Shown here: piece after piece, positions 1 to 8,320 of the stretch
Numbering within the stretch: position 1 is the first letter of the stretch
Layout: every line of letters starts with the position of its first letter
From: an uncultured Chloroflexia bacterium
GTDB taxonomy: Bacteria; Chloroflexota; Chloroflexia; Thermomicrobiales; UBA6265
Assembly: GCA_963763125.1 (NCBI GenBank)
Contig: CAVXMV010000005.1
Location: 1,609,739 to 1,673,738 of the forward strand
DNA length: 64,000 bases
Direction of reading: 5' to 3'
Notes under the pieces: generated by a model
Told to the model about the DNA's origin: nothing
Databases searched by the model: none
What the model saw: the letters and a program-made list of their open reading frames with translations, nothing else
Program-made: the position numbers and the translations under genes

Positions 1-15
1 ACCACGATCGCCCGA

Positions 16-942
16 TTGCTGCTCGGATTGACGTCGCCCACTACGGGGGAGGTGCTGTACCGGGGAACCAACATCAAGGATCTTGCCCGGGAACAGCGCA
101 TGCAATATCTCAGGGATGTCCAGGTGATCCTTCAGGATCCCTACGAGGTCTATAACCCGTTCTACAAGGTCGACCACGTCCTGAAAACGCCGATCAAGGA
201 ATTCGGCCTCGCCACCTCGCCCCGCCAAACCCAGACGTTGATGGAGGAAACACTCAATGCGGTCGGATTGCGTCCCGAGGAAACCCTCGGCCGGCACCCG
301 CACCAACTCAGTGGCGGGCAACGCCAGCGCATCATGGTGGCACGCGCGTTACTCATCCAGCCACGCTTGATCATTGCCGACGAGCCAGTCTCAATGGTCG
401 ATGCGTCGTTGCGGGCGACGATTCTGGAGAGCCTGCGGCTGCTGCACCATAAATTCGGCATCTCGATGCTCTACATCACCCACGACCTGACCACGGCGTA
501 CCAGATTAGCCAGAACATCATCGTCCTCTACCGGGGTGAAGTCGCCGAAGTGGGTGATGTGGACTTGGTCGTCAAGCGGCCGCTCCACCCTATACCCAAT
601 TGCTCATCGAGTCGATTCCCGCGATCGACACGAGCAAGACCTGGAAACAGGAAAAGCTGACCGGCGACCCGTCGGCGAAGCTGTCGCCATCGACCCACGG
701 GCTGCAAGTTCGCCGACCGCTGTCCCTTCGTCATGGATATCTGCCGCCAGCAGGTTCCGCCCCTGTTCCGCACCGAAGAGGGGCGCGCCGCGGCGTGTTT
801 CCTCTATCGCGACAACCCGAACTCGGTGAATCGGGACTCGACGAGGTGCTCGCCACCTCCGCCGTCGCCCACGCCTGATAGTGCCAATACAACCTTCGGG
901 TGTACGCTCTTTCATTGGGCTGCGTACGGGCGGCAGCGTTAG
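16..942 (+). pseudogene. Oligopeptide/dipeptide-type ABC transporter ATP-binding protein (OppF/DppF-like); 5' end outside window; reading frame interrupted
   Basis: Frame 1 (16 to ~590) carries the ABC signature LSGGQRQRIMVARAL and Walker B LIIADEPVSMVD. The conserved C-terminal region is split. RPLHP|YTQLLIESIPAIDTS continues in frame 3 (~591-695). GCKFADRCPFVMDICRQQVPPLF resumes in frame 1 (~697 onward). Frame 1 has a stop at 658-660. The true stop is uncertain (878 or 942). Confidence 0.8.
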
Positions 943-959
943 CGAGCCTGATTCGACCG
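928..959. repeat. Copy of dispersed repeat family A (GGGCGGCAGCG..AGCGAGCCTGA.TCGACCG)
   Basis: gggcggcagcgttagcgagcctgattcgaccg closely matches 5398-5437 (same orientation) and 41317-41356 (reverse complement). Confidence 0.7.
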
Positions 960-1066
960 TACGCGGCACCTGGACAATCGTGGTCTGGTCGAATCTGTTG
1001 TCCGCCCCGCTGGATGCTTGATACGCGGACGTGCCGCCCGTGGGCGATGACGCGCTGTAGATCTGG

Positions 1067-1981
1067 TCAAACGCGGTTTCTGAGCCGTGGATTTGCGAGT
1101 TCGTCCAGTCCCACCGCCGTCAGGAAGAGTCCAGTAAACAGAACGGAGATGATGACGATTGGAGGCGACCACCACCACCACCATCCATTGATGATCGCAG
1201 CGTTGTAATTCACCCAGTACAACGTCATCCCCAGGGTTGGTGCTTCAAAGGGACCCAACCCCAGCATTTCGAGGCCAATTGCGGCAAGTACGGCAGCAGA
1301 TACCGAGGCAACCAGTGCCGCTACCAGGTAGGGGAAAAGATTCGGGAGCAGCTCTCTCACGATCACCTTCCGGCCGCTCATCCCGGACAGTCGCGCAATT
1401 TGTACGTAGCCCCGTTCTTTAAGGGTCAACACCTGCGATCGCACGATCCGCGCCGGATACAGCCAGGCGAGCACGGCGATTGAGAATGTCATTTGATTGA
1501 CGGTCAGCCCGGCCTTCGTATTCATGGCAATGATGATCAGGATGAGCAGGCCCGGAATGGTCAATCCCACGTCGATCAGAACCTTCAGAATGTCATCGAC
1601 AATCCCGCCGTAGTAGCCGGCCACGAATCCGACGATGGCGCCAACCGTCAGCCCGATCACCCCCGCGATCAGCCCCAGCCGGAAGGTGAGCGGTGTGCCC
1701 ACCACCATCACCGCGAACAGGTTGCGGCCCTGCTTGTCGCTCCCGAATGGAAGCTCGCGCGAGGGCGGATCGAGGCTTCCGACCGACAGGGGATTAGCCT
1801 CGCCCGTATCGACAATTATCCGGCCAATGACCACGAACAGCAGCAGAGTGAGCAGCAATCCCAAGCCAACCAGCAATGAGCGATTGCGCCCAAGATAGCG
1901 CACAACACTCACGGCCCCTCCGGCAAACGCGCCCTTGCGCCGCGCCTTGGCCGTTGTTCCTTCTTGTACGGCAACGTTCAT
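1067..1981 (-). CDS. ABC transporter permease (OppC/DppC type)
   Basis: 304-aa ORF with multiple hydrophobic helices. It has the conserved cytoplasmic loop YVQIARLSGMSGRKVIVRELLPN. Its start abuts the stop of the upstream permease (1981/1984). Confidence 0.85.
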   Translation of the reverse strand: MNVAVQEGTTAKARRKGAFAGGAVSVVRYLGRNRSLLVGLGLLLTLLLFVVIGRIIVDTGEANPLSVGSLDPPSRELPFGSDKQGRNLFAVMVVGTPLTFRLGLIAGVIGLTVGAIVGFVAGYYGGIVDDILKVLIDVGLTIPGLLILIIIAMNTKAGLTVNQMTFSIAVLAWLYPARIVRSQVLTLKERGYVQIARLSGMSGRKVIVRELLPNLFPYLVAALVASVSAAVLAAIGLEMLGLGPFEAPTLGMTLYWVNYNAAIINGWWWWWSPPIVIISVLFTGLFLTAVGLDELANPRLRNRV

Positions 1982-1983
1982 CG

Positions 1984-2988
1984 TCAGGCCTTCTGGTACG
2001 TGATGCGGGGATCGAGCAATGGGTAAATGAGATCGAGAATCAGCGTCGCCAGCGCGATCGACAGGATCAGGAAGAACACGATTCCCTGGACGAGATAGAA
2101 ATCGGAGCCGCGAATGCCGTTGTACAGCGTCGTCCCGATTCCCGGATAGGAAAAGATCACTTCGACGAGCACGGTGCCGGTGATCAACTGACCAAGGACC
2201 AGCGCCAGCGCGGTCGTTTGGGGGAGCAGCACGTTCCGGATCGAATAGTGAACGAAAATGGTTCGGTCCTTGAGCCCCTTGGCATCGGCGTAGGTCACAT
2301 AATCCTCACCATACGTGGTGACCATCATCGATCTCATGGTCAATGCCCAGCCACCAATTGACACCAGGATGATCGCCAACGCCGGCAGGATGGAGTGATG
2401 CAACACGTTCCAGGTGAACGACCAACTATATTCGGGGAAGGTCCCGATCGAGAATCCTCCGGACAATGGAAACCAGCGCAGCGAAAACGCAAAGACGTAG
2501 ATCAAGACAAGTCCGAGCAGGAAGAACGGAATCGCATTGAGCGAGAGGAGGGGCGGCATCAGGTATTTCAGGGACTTCGGCGATCGGGGCCAGCCCATGA
2601 ATGCGCCGAGCAGCCCGCCCAGGAGCCATGAGATCAATGTGGTGGTGAACAACAAGCCGAGCGTCCAGGGCAACGCGTCACCGATGATGTCAATCACTTT
2701 TGCTGGGTAATTGGCGATCGAATAGTTGAAGTCGAAGCGCAACATGTCTCCTACATAATTGACATATTGCTTCCAGATTGGTGTATCGAGACCGAATTTC
2801 GCGTTATATTCGGCGATCATGTCATCCATTCCGGATTGGACATTGCCGCCCAGCGCTGCTTGTTGAAGCAGCTTTTGGCGAACGGGATCGCCATGGCCGA
2901 GCCGGGGCAGGAAGAAATTCACGGTGCCCGCCAGCCAGACAACGAGAAGGAACATGCCGATTCGTTTTGCAAGGTAAGAAAGTGGCAT
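1984..2988 (-). CDS. ABC transporter permease (OppB/DppB type)
   Basis: The ORF spans 1984-3036. The likely start is the internal M (MPLSYLAKRIGMFLLVV) at 2988. The loop YVTYADAKGLKDRTIFVHYSIRNVLLP is typical of DppB/OppB permeases. Confidence 0.85.
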   Translation of the reverse strand: MPLSYLAKRIGMFLLVVWLAGTVNFFLPRLGHGDPVRQKLLQQAALGGNVQSGMDDMIAEYNAKFGLDTPIWKQYVNYVGDMLRFDFNYSIANYPAKVIDIIGDALPWTLGLLFTTTLISWLLGGLLGAFMGWPRSPKSLKYLMPPLLSLNAIPFFLLGLVLIYVFAFSLRWFPLSGGFSIGTFPEYSWSFTWNVLHHSILPALAIILVSIGGWALTMRSMMVTTYGEDYVTYADAKGLKDRTIFVHYSIRNVLLPQTTALALVLGQLITGTVLVEVIFSYPGIGTTLYNGIRGSDFYLVQGIVFFLILSIALATLILDLIYPLLDPRITYQKA

Positions 2989-3063
2989 CGTCACTACCTG
3001 CCGGGAAGTGGGAATCCGGGACGGCGGCTCTGCCACCGGCCCGGATTCCGTCTTGCCCAGGCC

Positions 3064-4884
3064 CTACGCGGTTGCGGCGGAGAGCCTGTGCATTACCAGC
3101 GCAAATGTCAAATGGAAATGGGCCGGGTTGATATAGGGATCCTCTGCCGTCGGCCATCCCGTCCAGTAGGTCTCGTTCATGGGCAGTCGGTGAAGCCCCT
3201 GCGAGATCTGGATGTCCGGGTATTCCGGTAGCCAGATCGCCATCGCCTTGGTCCAGATATCCATCACCTGGTCGGTCTCGGTGGGACTGATCCGATAGAG
3301 TTCATCGACCAGCGCATCGAACTCCGCATTGTTCCATTGCGAGAAGTTGGCAAGGTGGCCGCCGGGAATCTCCGTGGAGGAGGTTTGATACAGGCGGAGC
3401 GAGTAATAGACATCTCCGCTGTAGCTGCCGCCGTGGCCAAACAGGCAGCCGGTGTAGTCGCCTTCACGGAAACGGTCGAAAATATCGGGCGGTTCTGAGT
3501 ATGTTGCGGCGATCCCGTTGCGACTGAGCTGTTCGACCACCACCGGACCGACGCCGGTGAAGTCGAAGAAGCTGATGATCTCGAGTTCGACCTGCAAGCC
3601 GGTTTCGTCCTGCCACATCCCGTCGCCGTTCTTGGACCACCCCTTTGCCTCGAGCAGGGCATCACCCTTTTCCGGGTTGTATTCCAGGTAGGGATATTCC
3701 TCGAACATGGGAGCGACTGCTTCGACGAACGGCCTGAGACCCGGATAGTCGGGCACGAACAGCGTCGATGGGCTGTTCGCGCCGGTCCACCCGAACTCGA
3801 TGATCTGGTCGCGATCGAGGTAGTAGCTCATAGCCCAGCGCACATTGGGATCGTCGTATGGGGCAACCTTGTTGTTCAGGTACAGCGAGTGTGGCCACCA
3901 GTCGACATTTCCAAACGGGGATTCGCGGCCTGTCCAGGTCGTCGTCTTTTCGTTTCCGTCGAAGACGGTCGGGAAAGTGGCCGGTTGCAAACCGGTGGCG
4001 ATATCGTACTGATTCGAAATGACGCCGGCCGCCAGGCCCTGCTCTCCCGGATCCGGCAGGAAGATATAGCGCAATGGCTCAGGCAGCTTGCCGACCCCGG
4101 CCGCCTCACCCCACCACGTGTCGAGCCGATCAAGAACCTTCTGTTCGGGAGCGGAGTACACAACTTTCCATGGGGCTGTCGTGACCGGCCAGTTCTGGGC
4201 TGGATCGTAGTGCGAGAAGGTGGCCCAGTCCTGCCCGTCGAAGACGTGCTTCGGGACGATGAAGACACCGATGTCAAACTTGTAGGAAATGAACTCGAAG
4301 AACCGCGGCGCCGGTTCCAGGAATGTAAACACTGTGGTGACATCGTCAGTCGCTTCCGCCACCTCCAGAAAGAGTTGGACATCGGCGCCGAACTTCACCA
4401 TCGAGCCAACTTCGACCAGCTTGTTGAATGTGTAGGCAACATCTTCCGCCGTGAACGGGGTGCCGTCGCTCCAGGTAATACCGGGTCGGGTCTTGACGGT
4501 CAGCTGCATGTAGTCCGTGCTGTACTCGTAGCTCTCGGCCAACCACATCGAGAACTCATCGGTAAAGGCGCTGTAAAACGCGAGTGGCTCGTACACGAGC
4601 TGCACCGCGAGTTGATGGTTGGCAAGGGGCAGGAACGGATTCCAGAGCAGATCGCCTTCAGTGAACTTGCCTTGCGTTCCGCCGCGTACCGCAATAAGTG
4701 TCTGCTCGCGCGGGAGCTCCGTGAGATCCTGCGCCAGGGCAGGCACGACATTCGTGGCCATGATGCCAGCCAGGGCCGACGCCGAGATGCCAAGCGCCAT
4801 GGCGCGCTTGAATAAATCGCGACGGTTGAGTTGTCCCGATGACAACTCCCACGCGAGCCTGTGCACTGCCTGCGGATCGGACAT
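3064..4884 (-). CDS. ABC transporter substrate-binding protein, family 5 (peptide/nickel type), Tat signal
   Basis: ~606-aa ORF with the twin-arginine signal NRRDLFKRAMALGISASALAG. GGAGG lies 9 nt upstream of the second ATG (4884). It is first in the SBP-permease-permease order on the minus strand. Confidence 0.85.
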   Translation of the reverse strand: MSDPQAVHRLAWELSSGQLNRRDLFKRAMALGISASALAGIMATNVVPALAQDLTELPREQTLIAVRGGTQGKFTEGDLLWNPFLPLANHQLAVQLVYEPLAFYSAFTDEFSMWLAESYEYSTDYMQLTVKTRPGITWSDGTPFTAEDVAYTFNKLVEVGSMVKFGADVQLFLEVAEATDDVTTVFTFLEPAPRFFEFISYKFDIGVFIVPKHVFDGQDWATFSHYDPAQNWPVTTAPWKVVYSAPEQKVLDRLDTWWGEAAGVGKLPEPLRYIFLPDPGEQGLAAGVISNQYDIATGLQPATFPTVFDGNEKTTTWTGRESPFGNVDWWPHSLYLNNKVAPYDDPNVRWAMSYYLDRDQIIEFGWTGANSPSTLFVPDYPGLRPFVEAVAPMFEEYPYLEYNPEKGDALLEAKGWSKNGDGMWQDETGLQVELEIISFFDFTGVGPVVVEQLSRNGIAATYSEPPDIFDRFREGDYTGCLFGHGGSYSGDVYYSLRLYQTSSTEIPGGHLANFSQWNNAEFDALVDELYRISPTETDQVMDIWTKAMAIWLPEYPDIQISQGLHRLPMNETYWTGWPTAEDPYINPAHFHLTFALVMHRLSAATA

Positions 4885-4951
4885 AACGTACATCCTCCTC
4901 TACGCAATCTGCGTCGCTGATCAAATTGGCCCCAACTGGATAACTCATGCA

Positions 4952-4980
4952 ATCGTAGGGGGCAGCCTCAAGCACGTCAA
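4952..4980 (-). promoter_or_regulatory. Candidate sigma-70-type promoter of the ABC importer operon
   Basis: The minus strand reads TTGACG, 17 nt, TACGAT about 65 nt upstream of the SBP start. This rests on a motif match only. Confidence 0.3.
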
Positions 4981-5034
4981 GCTTTACAGAAAAACCATGC
5001 AAAATCGTTGGATGTGTCCACCGATTCTGTTGTT

Positions 5035-5295
5035 CATTACCACGTTCGTGTAGGGCTGCGGACCTCCCTCCGGCCCTGCTGGAAACGCGGACGCTGGATG
5101 TGTCCGCCCGTTTAATAGTCATTCCGTCAGGAGGCGCAGCCGACTAGAGGCAGCGAAGCGATATCTCGCCCCGCTGGATTCGCCGCAGCGAACGATGCTC
5201 GACTTCCGTACGGGCGGATAACGGACCTGCGGCCATCAATTGTCATTCGTGTAGGCTTGCGGCAGCGCAGCGATGCGTGCTCCGCCCGTTTCGGC
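5035..5295. repeat. Three tandem degenerate units of the GTCATTC...GCAGCG...CCGCCCGTTT repeat family
   Basis: Units begin near 5037, 5118 (gtcattccgtcagg) and 5242 (gtcattcgtgtaggcttgcgg). Each ends in (g/c)tccgcccgttt (5102-5113, 5281-5292). The core ttgcggcagcgcagcgatgcgtgctccgccc (5257-5287) recurs inverted at 21460-21490. Confidence 0.7.
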
Positions 5296-5397
5296 CAAAG
5301 GGAGCCCTGTCGAATCAAGGACCCTGGCTCACATACCCTCGCCCAACGCGTTCGCCTGATCAGGACTGCGTCACCAGTCCCACCCGAATCGCGTCCG

Positions 5398-5437
5398 GGC
5401 GGCAGCGCCAGCGAGCCTGAATCGACCGGGAAGGACA
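5398..5437. repeat. Repeat family A copy
   Basis: gggcggcagcgccagcgagcctgaatcgaccgggaaggac. Its reverse complement matches 41317-41356 in 35 of 40 positions. Confidence 0.75.
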
Positions 5438-5541
5438 CCGCACCAACCCCCATCTGGTCGATCCTGTTGTCCACCCTTGAGATCGCCCCGCAACAACGCA
5501 AGAAGTCCGCAACAAGTTTCCCCGCAACGACGCGGGAAAAT

Positions 5542-5586
5542 GACTTTTTGTGTTTTTGCACCCGAAAAAAACCACGTCCCGTTTTC
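5542..5586 (-). repeat. Repeat family D copy (inverted relative to 25956-26000)
   Basis: The reverse complement gaaaacgggacgtggtttttttcgggtgcaaaaacacaaaaagtc aligns with gaaaacgcgacgtggttattttggggtgcaaaaatacaaaaagtc at 25956-26000. Confidence 0.75.
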
Positions 5587-5715
5587 CTCCCTCAATGATC
5601 CCCTCCAACCGCACCGCGCAATTCGCTCCGCCATGTAGACCGCAGCCCCGGGCCGGGCGACAATGCTCGCCAATGTCCAGCCATGTGATTCAGCAGCAAT
5701 GCAGGGGAGTGGTCG

Positions 5716-6531
5716 ATGAAGGCAAAATCCGAGTACCGGTACAACCGGCTGACCTGGGCCGAGATGAACGACGCGATTGCCGATAATCAGGTCGTCATCC
5801 TCCCGACCGGCTCGACCGAGCAGCATGGCCGTCACCTGCCGCTCGATGTCGATGTTTTCCTCGCCGAATCGGTCTGTCTCGGGGTCGGCCAGCGGGCGGC
5901 CGACCGGGTGCTTGTGCTGCCGCCCATCTCGTATGGCCTCAACATGCACCACATCGACTTTCCGGGCACGATTCACATCGAGCCGGACGTCTTCATCGAG
6001 TTCTGCGTCAACATCACCAAGAGCGTCGCTTACCACGGGTTCAAGAAGATCCTGATCGTGAACGGGCATGGTTCGAACGCTCCGCTGATCGATCTTGTCG
6101 CCCGTCGCACCGTGCTGGAGACGAATGCGCTGTGCGTTGCGGTCACCTACATCCAGCTTGCGCTCGAGGCATTCAACAAGGTCAAGGACACCCCGGTCGT
6201 GGCTCACGCCGATGAGTTCGAGACGTCGCTCTACCTGCACCTGGCGGCGGACCGCGTCCAGATGGACAAGGCTGGGGCCGACGACGATGTGATGGGCACC
6301 TACTTCAGCTCGGACAGCACCGGCGTCGCCCGCTTCAATGATTTCTGGGGGCGCTGGACGCAGCTTGGCGTCCACGGCGATGCGACCACGGCCACGGCCG
6401 AGAAGGGCGCGGTGATCTTCGACGCCGCTGTCTCGCACCTGGTGACGATGGTTGACGAGTTGCGCGACTGGCCAATCGCCGACCGCTCCGACATGCACGA
6501 GCTGCCGGTGGACAAGAGCATCCGATGGTGA
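5716..6531 (+). CDS. Creatininase (creatinine amidohydrolase) family protein
   Basis: 271-aa ORF. The N-terminal motif VVILPTGSTEQHGRHLPLDVD is characteristic of the creatininase fold. GGGGAG lies upstream of the start. Confidence 0.85.
   Translation: MKAKSEYRYNRLTWAEMNDAIADNQVVILPTGSTEQHGRHLPLDVDVFLAESVCLGVGQRAADRVLVLPPISYGLNMHHIDFPGTIHIEPDVFIEFCVNITKSVAYHGFKKILIVNGHGSNAPLIDLVARRTVLETNALCVAVTYIQLALEAFNKVKDTPVVAHADEFETSLYLHLAADRVQMDKAGADDDVMGTYFSSDSTGVARFNDFWGRWTQLGVHGDATTATAEKGAVIFDAAVSHLVTMVDELRDWPIADRSDMHELPVDKSIRW
6488..6531 (+). repeat. Direct repeat copy 1: the functional last 14 codons plus stop of the creatininase gene
   Basis: ccgacatgcacgagctgccggtggacaagagcatccgatggtga matches 7190-7233 in 39 of 44 positions, and both copies end in a stop codon. 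Confidence 0.8.
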
Positions 6532-6664
6532 GGATGGGCCTGCTGGAGAGCGCAGATCCGAACCAATCCGCAGGATGGGAGAAGCCACCAACCGGCGTTG
6601 CGGGCTAGACTCGGGTCGTTACCCAATAGCAGTGGGTCCGACTTTGATTCATGGGAGGACTGGC

Positions 6665-7163
6665 ATGACCGATCAACACGTGCTCGATGTCATCAATGAT
6701 CCCTTGTCGCAGCGATTGATCAACTCGATCATCCCGGCGCGACTCGCCTACAACGGCGCCGATGGCTTTCCGCGCGTGATTCCGGTGGGATTTCACTGGG
6801 ATGGCGCGCAATTCCTGGTCGGCTCCCCAGACAATGCCCCGAAGGTGAAGGCGTTGCAGGAGCGACCGCAGGTGGCGTTGACGATCGACACCGAAGGCAT
6901 GCCACCCAACGTCCTCCTGGTGCGAGGGGTCGCAACCGTGGAGGTGGTCGACGGCGTGCACGATGCGTTCCTCGATGCATCGCGGAAGCGGGTTTCGCCC
7001 GAAGGATTGGCCCGAATTCGAGGCAGGCACTCGCGGTCTGTACAAGAAGATGGCGCTGATCGCGATCACGCCGCAGTGGGCGAAAGTGATGGACTTCGAA
7101 ACGCGCTTCCCGCAGCCGGTGGAGCAGCTGGTCAGGGAAGCGATGACTCCGGCGGATCTTTAG
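6665..7163 (+). pseudogene. Pyridoxamine 5'-phosphate oxidase-family (FMN/F420-binding split-barrel) protein, one frame change
   Basis: MTDQHVLDVINDPLSQRLINSIIPARLAYNGADGFPRVIPVGFHWDG...VRGVATVEVVDG reads in frame 2 up to ...SRKRVSPE. The conserved tail DWPEFEAGTRGLYKKMALIAITPQWAKVMDFETRFP continues in frame 3 from ~7004 (one extra nucleotide). Confidence 0.75.
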
Positions 7164-7189
7164 CAGCCGGGGAGACCTCGGAGGGCGGG

Positions 7190-7233
7190 CCGACATGCAC
7201 GAGTTCCCCGTGGACAAGAGCATCCGCTGGTAG
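7190..7233 (+). repeat. Direct repeat copy 2: orphan copy of the creatininase 3' end
   Basis: ccgacatgcacgagttccccgtggacaagagcatccgctggtag would translate as DMHEFPVDKSIRW-stop. It has no upstream creatininase body. Confidence 0.8.
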
Positions 7234-7293
7234 GGGGACGTGTTCTTGAGGGCGCGAACGTATCCTGATTTGCAACACACTCCATATCGTCAT

Positions 7294-7324
7294 CGTCATT
7301 CTTAGGCTTAGCCGCAGAATGACG
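7294..7324. repeat. GTCATTCT...AGAATGAC hairpin unit
   Basis: cgtcattct-taggcttagccgc-agaatgacg forms a 9-bp stem. Its terminus resembles the GTCATTC family. Confidence 0.6.
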
Positions 7325-7335
7325 GATCATTTGGG

Positions 7336-7374
7336 GCGGACAGGTCGGCGTCAAAAGGGTGCCGACCTGTCCGC
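7336..7374. terminator. Perfect 14-bp stem hairpin between convergent genes (possible bidirectional terminator or REP-like element)
   Basis: gcggacaggtcggc-gtcaaaagggt-gccgacctgtccgc lies 19 nt downstream of the CN-hydrolase stop. No U-run follows on either strand. Confidence 0.4.
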
Positions 7375-7392
7375 GAATCCTGTCTCTATCGC

Positions 7393-8292
7393 TCAGGCGT
7401 GGCTCGCGCGGATGTCGTCGATCTGCCGTTGGCTGCGTGCCTTGTAGTCGCGGAGCTCTTCCAGGCCGTATTGCCTGGCAAGGTCTCGTGCACTCACGCC
7501 CTCACGATTCGACTTCATGACGAACCAGTGCTCACGCGGGTAAAAGGTCTCTTCCACAACGTCGCCGCCATGCTCGCGCAGCAGCAGGTCCCGCTTGTCG
7601 AGATTGAAATTGTGATGGTACACCGCGCGATCCAGATCCAGCGTCGCCCGGCTGACGCTGACGCCGTCGGCGCGTTCATCAAGCAGGCGCTCACCGGTAA
7701 TGTCAAAAACCTGGCAGTCGCCGGTCTGGGTTGAGGTCACGACATAATAGTGATGCATCAGGGCGTGCGCCTGAAGCGCGCTGCCCGCGGAATAGGCGCT
7801 TGGCCAGACGACCAGCTCGGCGCCCTGATCCGCCATCGATTGCCACATCCCGGGGAAATTGACATCGAAACAGATCGCAAGCCCAACCTTGCCGAAGTCG
7901 GTTTCCACCACGGTTGGATCGGTTCCAGGCTCGACAACCGGATCGAGATTGAACTCTCCCCAATACGGATAGATCTTGTCGTAGATACCGGCGATCTCAC
8001 CGTTCCGGTCGAACAGCACGGCTGAATTGAGCCGTCGATCGCCATCCATCCGGTCAATTGGGCAAACAATGTACGTGCTGTGTTTCCGGGCCAGGGCCGC
8101 CATCGCTGTTAGCGTCGGGCCATCGAGCGATTCCTCGGTTCCGACCGATTGGCCGAGCCACGTTTCCGGAAGCGCGATCAGATCGGTTCCCTTCGCGCCC
8201 TCCTGATCTACGTGCGCCAGGATCTCTTCGCGTGTCTTGCCAACCGGAAAACTGATGCTCACAATCCGAACGGGTCGGCCTGCAACGGTCAT
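7393..8292 (-). CDS. Carbon-nitrogen hydrolase (nitrilase superfamily) protein
   Basis: 299-aa ORF. Glu-Lys-Cys triad contexts are present: LIALPETW, YDKIYPYW and GLAICFDVNFP. Confidence 0.85.
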   Translation of the reverse strand: MTVAGRPVRIVSISFPVGKTREEILAHVDQEGAKGTDLIALPETWLGQSVGTEESLDGPTLTAMAALARKHSTYIVCPIDRMDGDRRLNSAVLFDRNGEIAGIYDKIYPYWGEFNLDPVVEPGTDPTVVETDFGKVGLAICFDVNFPGMWQSMADQGAELVVWPSAYSAGSALQAHALMHHYYVVTSTQTGDCQVFDITGERLLDERADGVSVSRATLDLDRAVYHHNFNLDKRDLLLREHGGDVVEETFYPREHWFVMKSNREGVSARDLARQYGLEELRDYKARSQRQIDDIRASHA

Positions 8293-8320
8293 GATGGTTC
8301 TCCTCCTGCATCGGCGAGCG

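Noticed and set aside
1160-1180. Run of five consecutive Trp codons (WWWWW) in the OppC-type permease
   Set aside because: It is consistent with the aromatic-rich periplasmic edge of the last TM segments in this permease family. The ORF is otherwise intact, so this is not a repeat artefact.
5371-6591. 406-aa minus-strand ORF overlapping the creatininase gene. Similar long antisense ORFs occur at 12051-13103(-), 17462-18607(+), 38471-39556(-), 46281-47372(+), 56296-58104(+) and 8939-10135(+).
   Set aside because: These are shadow ORFs typical of GC-rich DNA. Their translations are Arg/Gly/Pro/His-rich with no recognisable motifs. In every case the opposite strand encodes a protein with clear family signatures.
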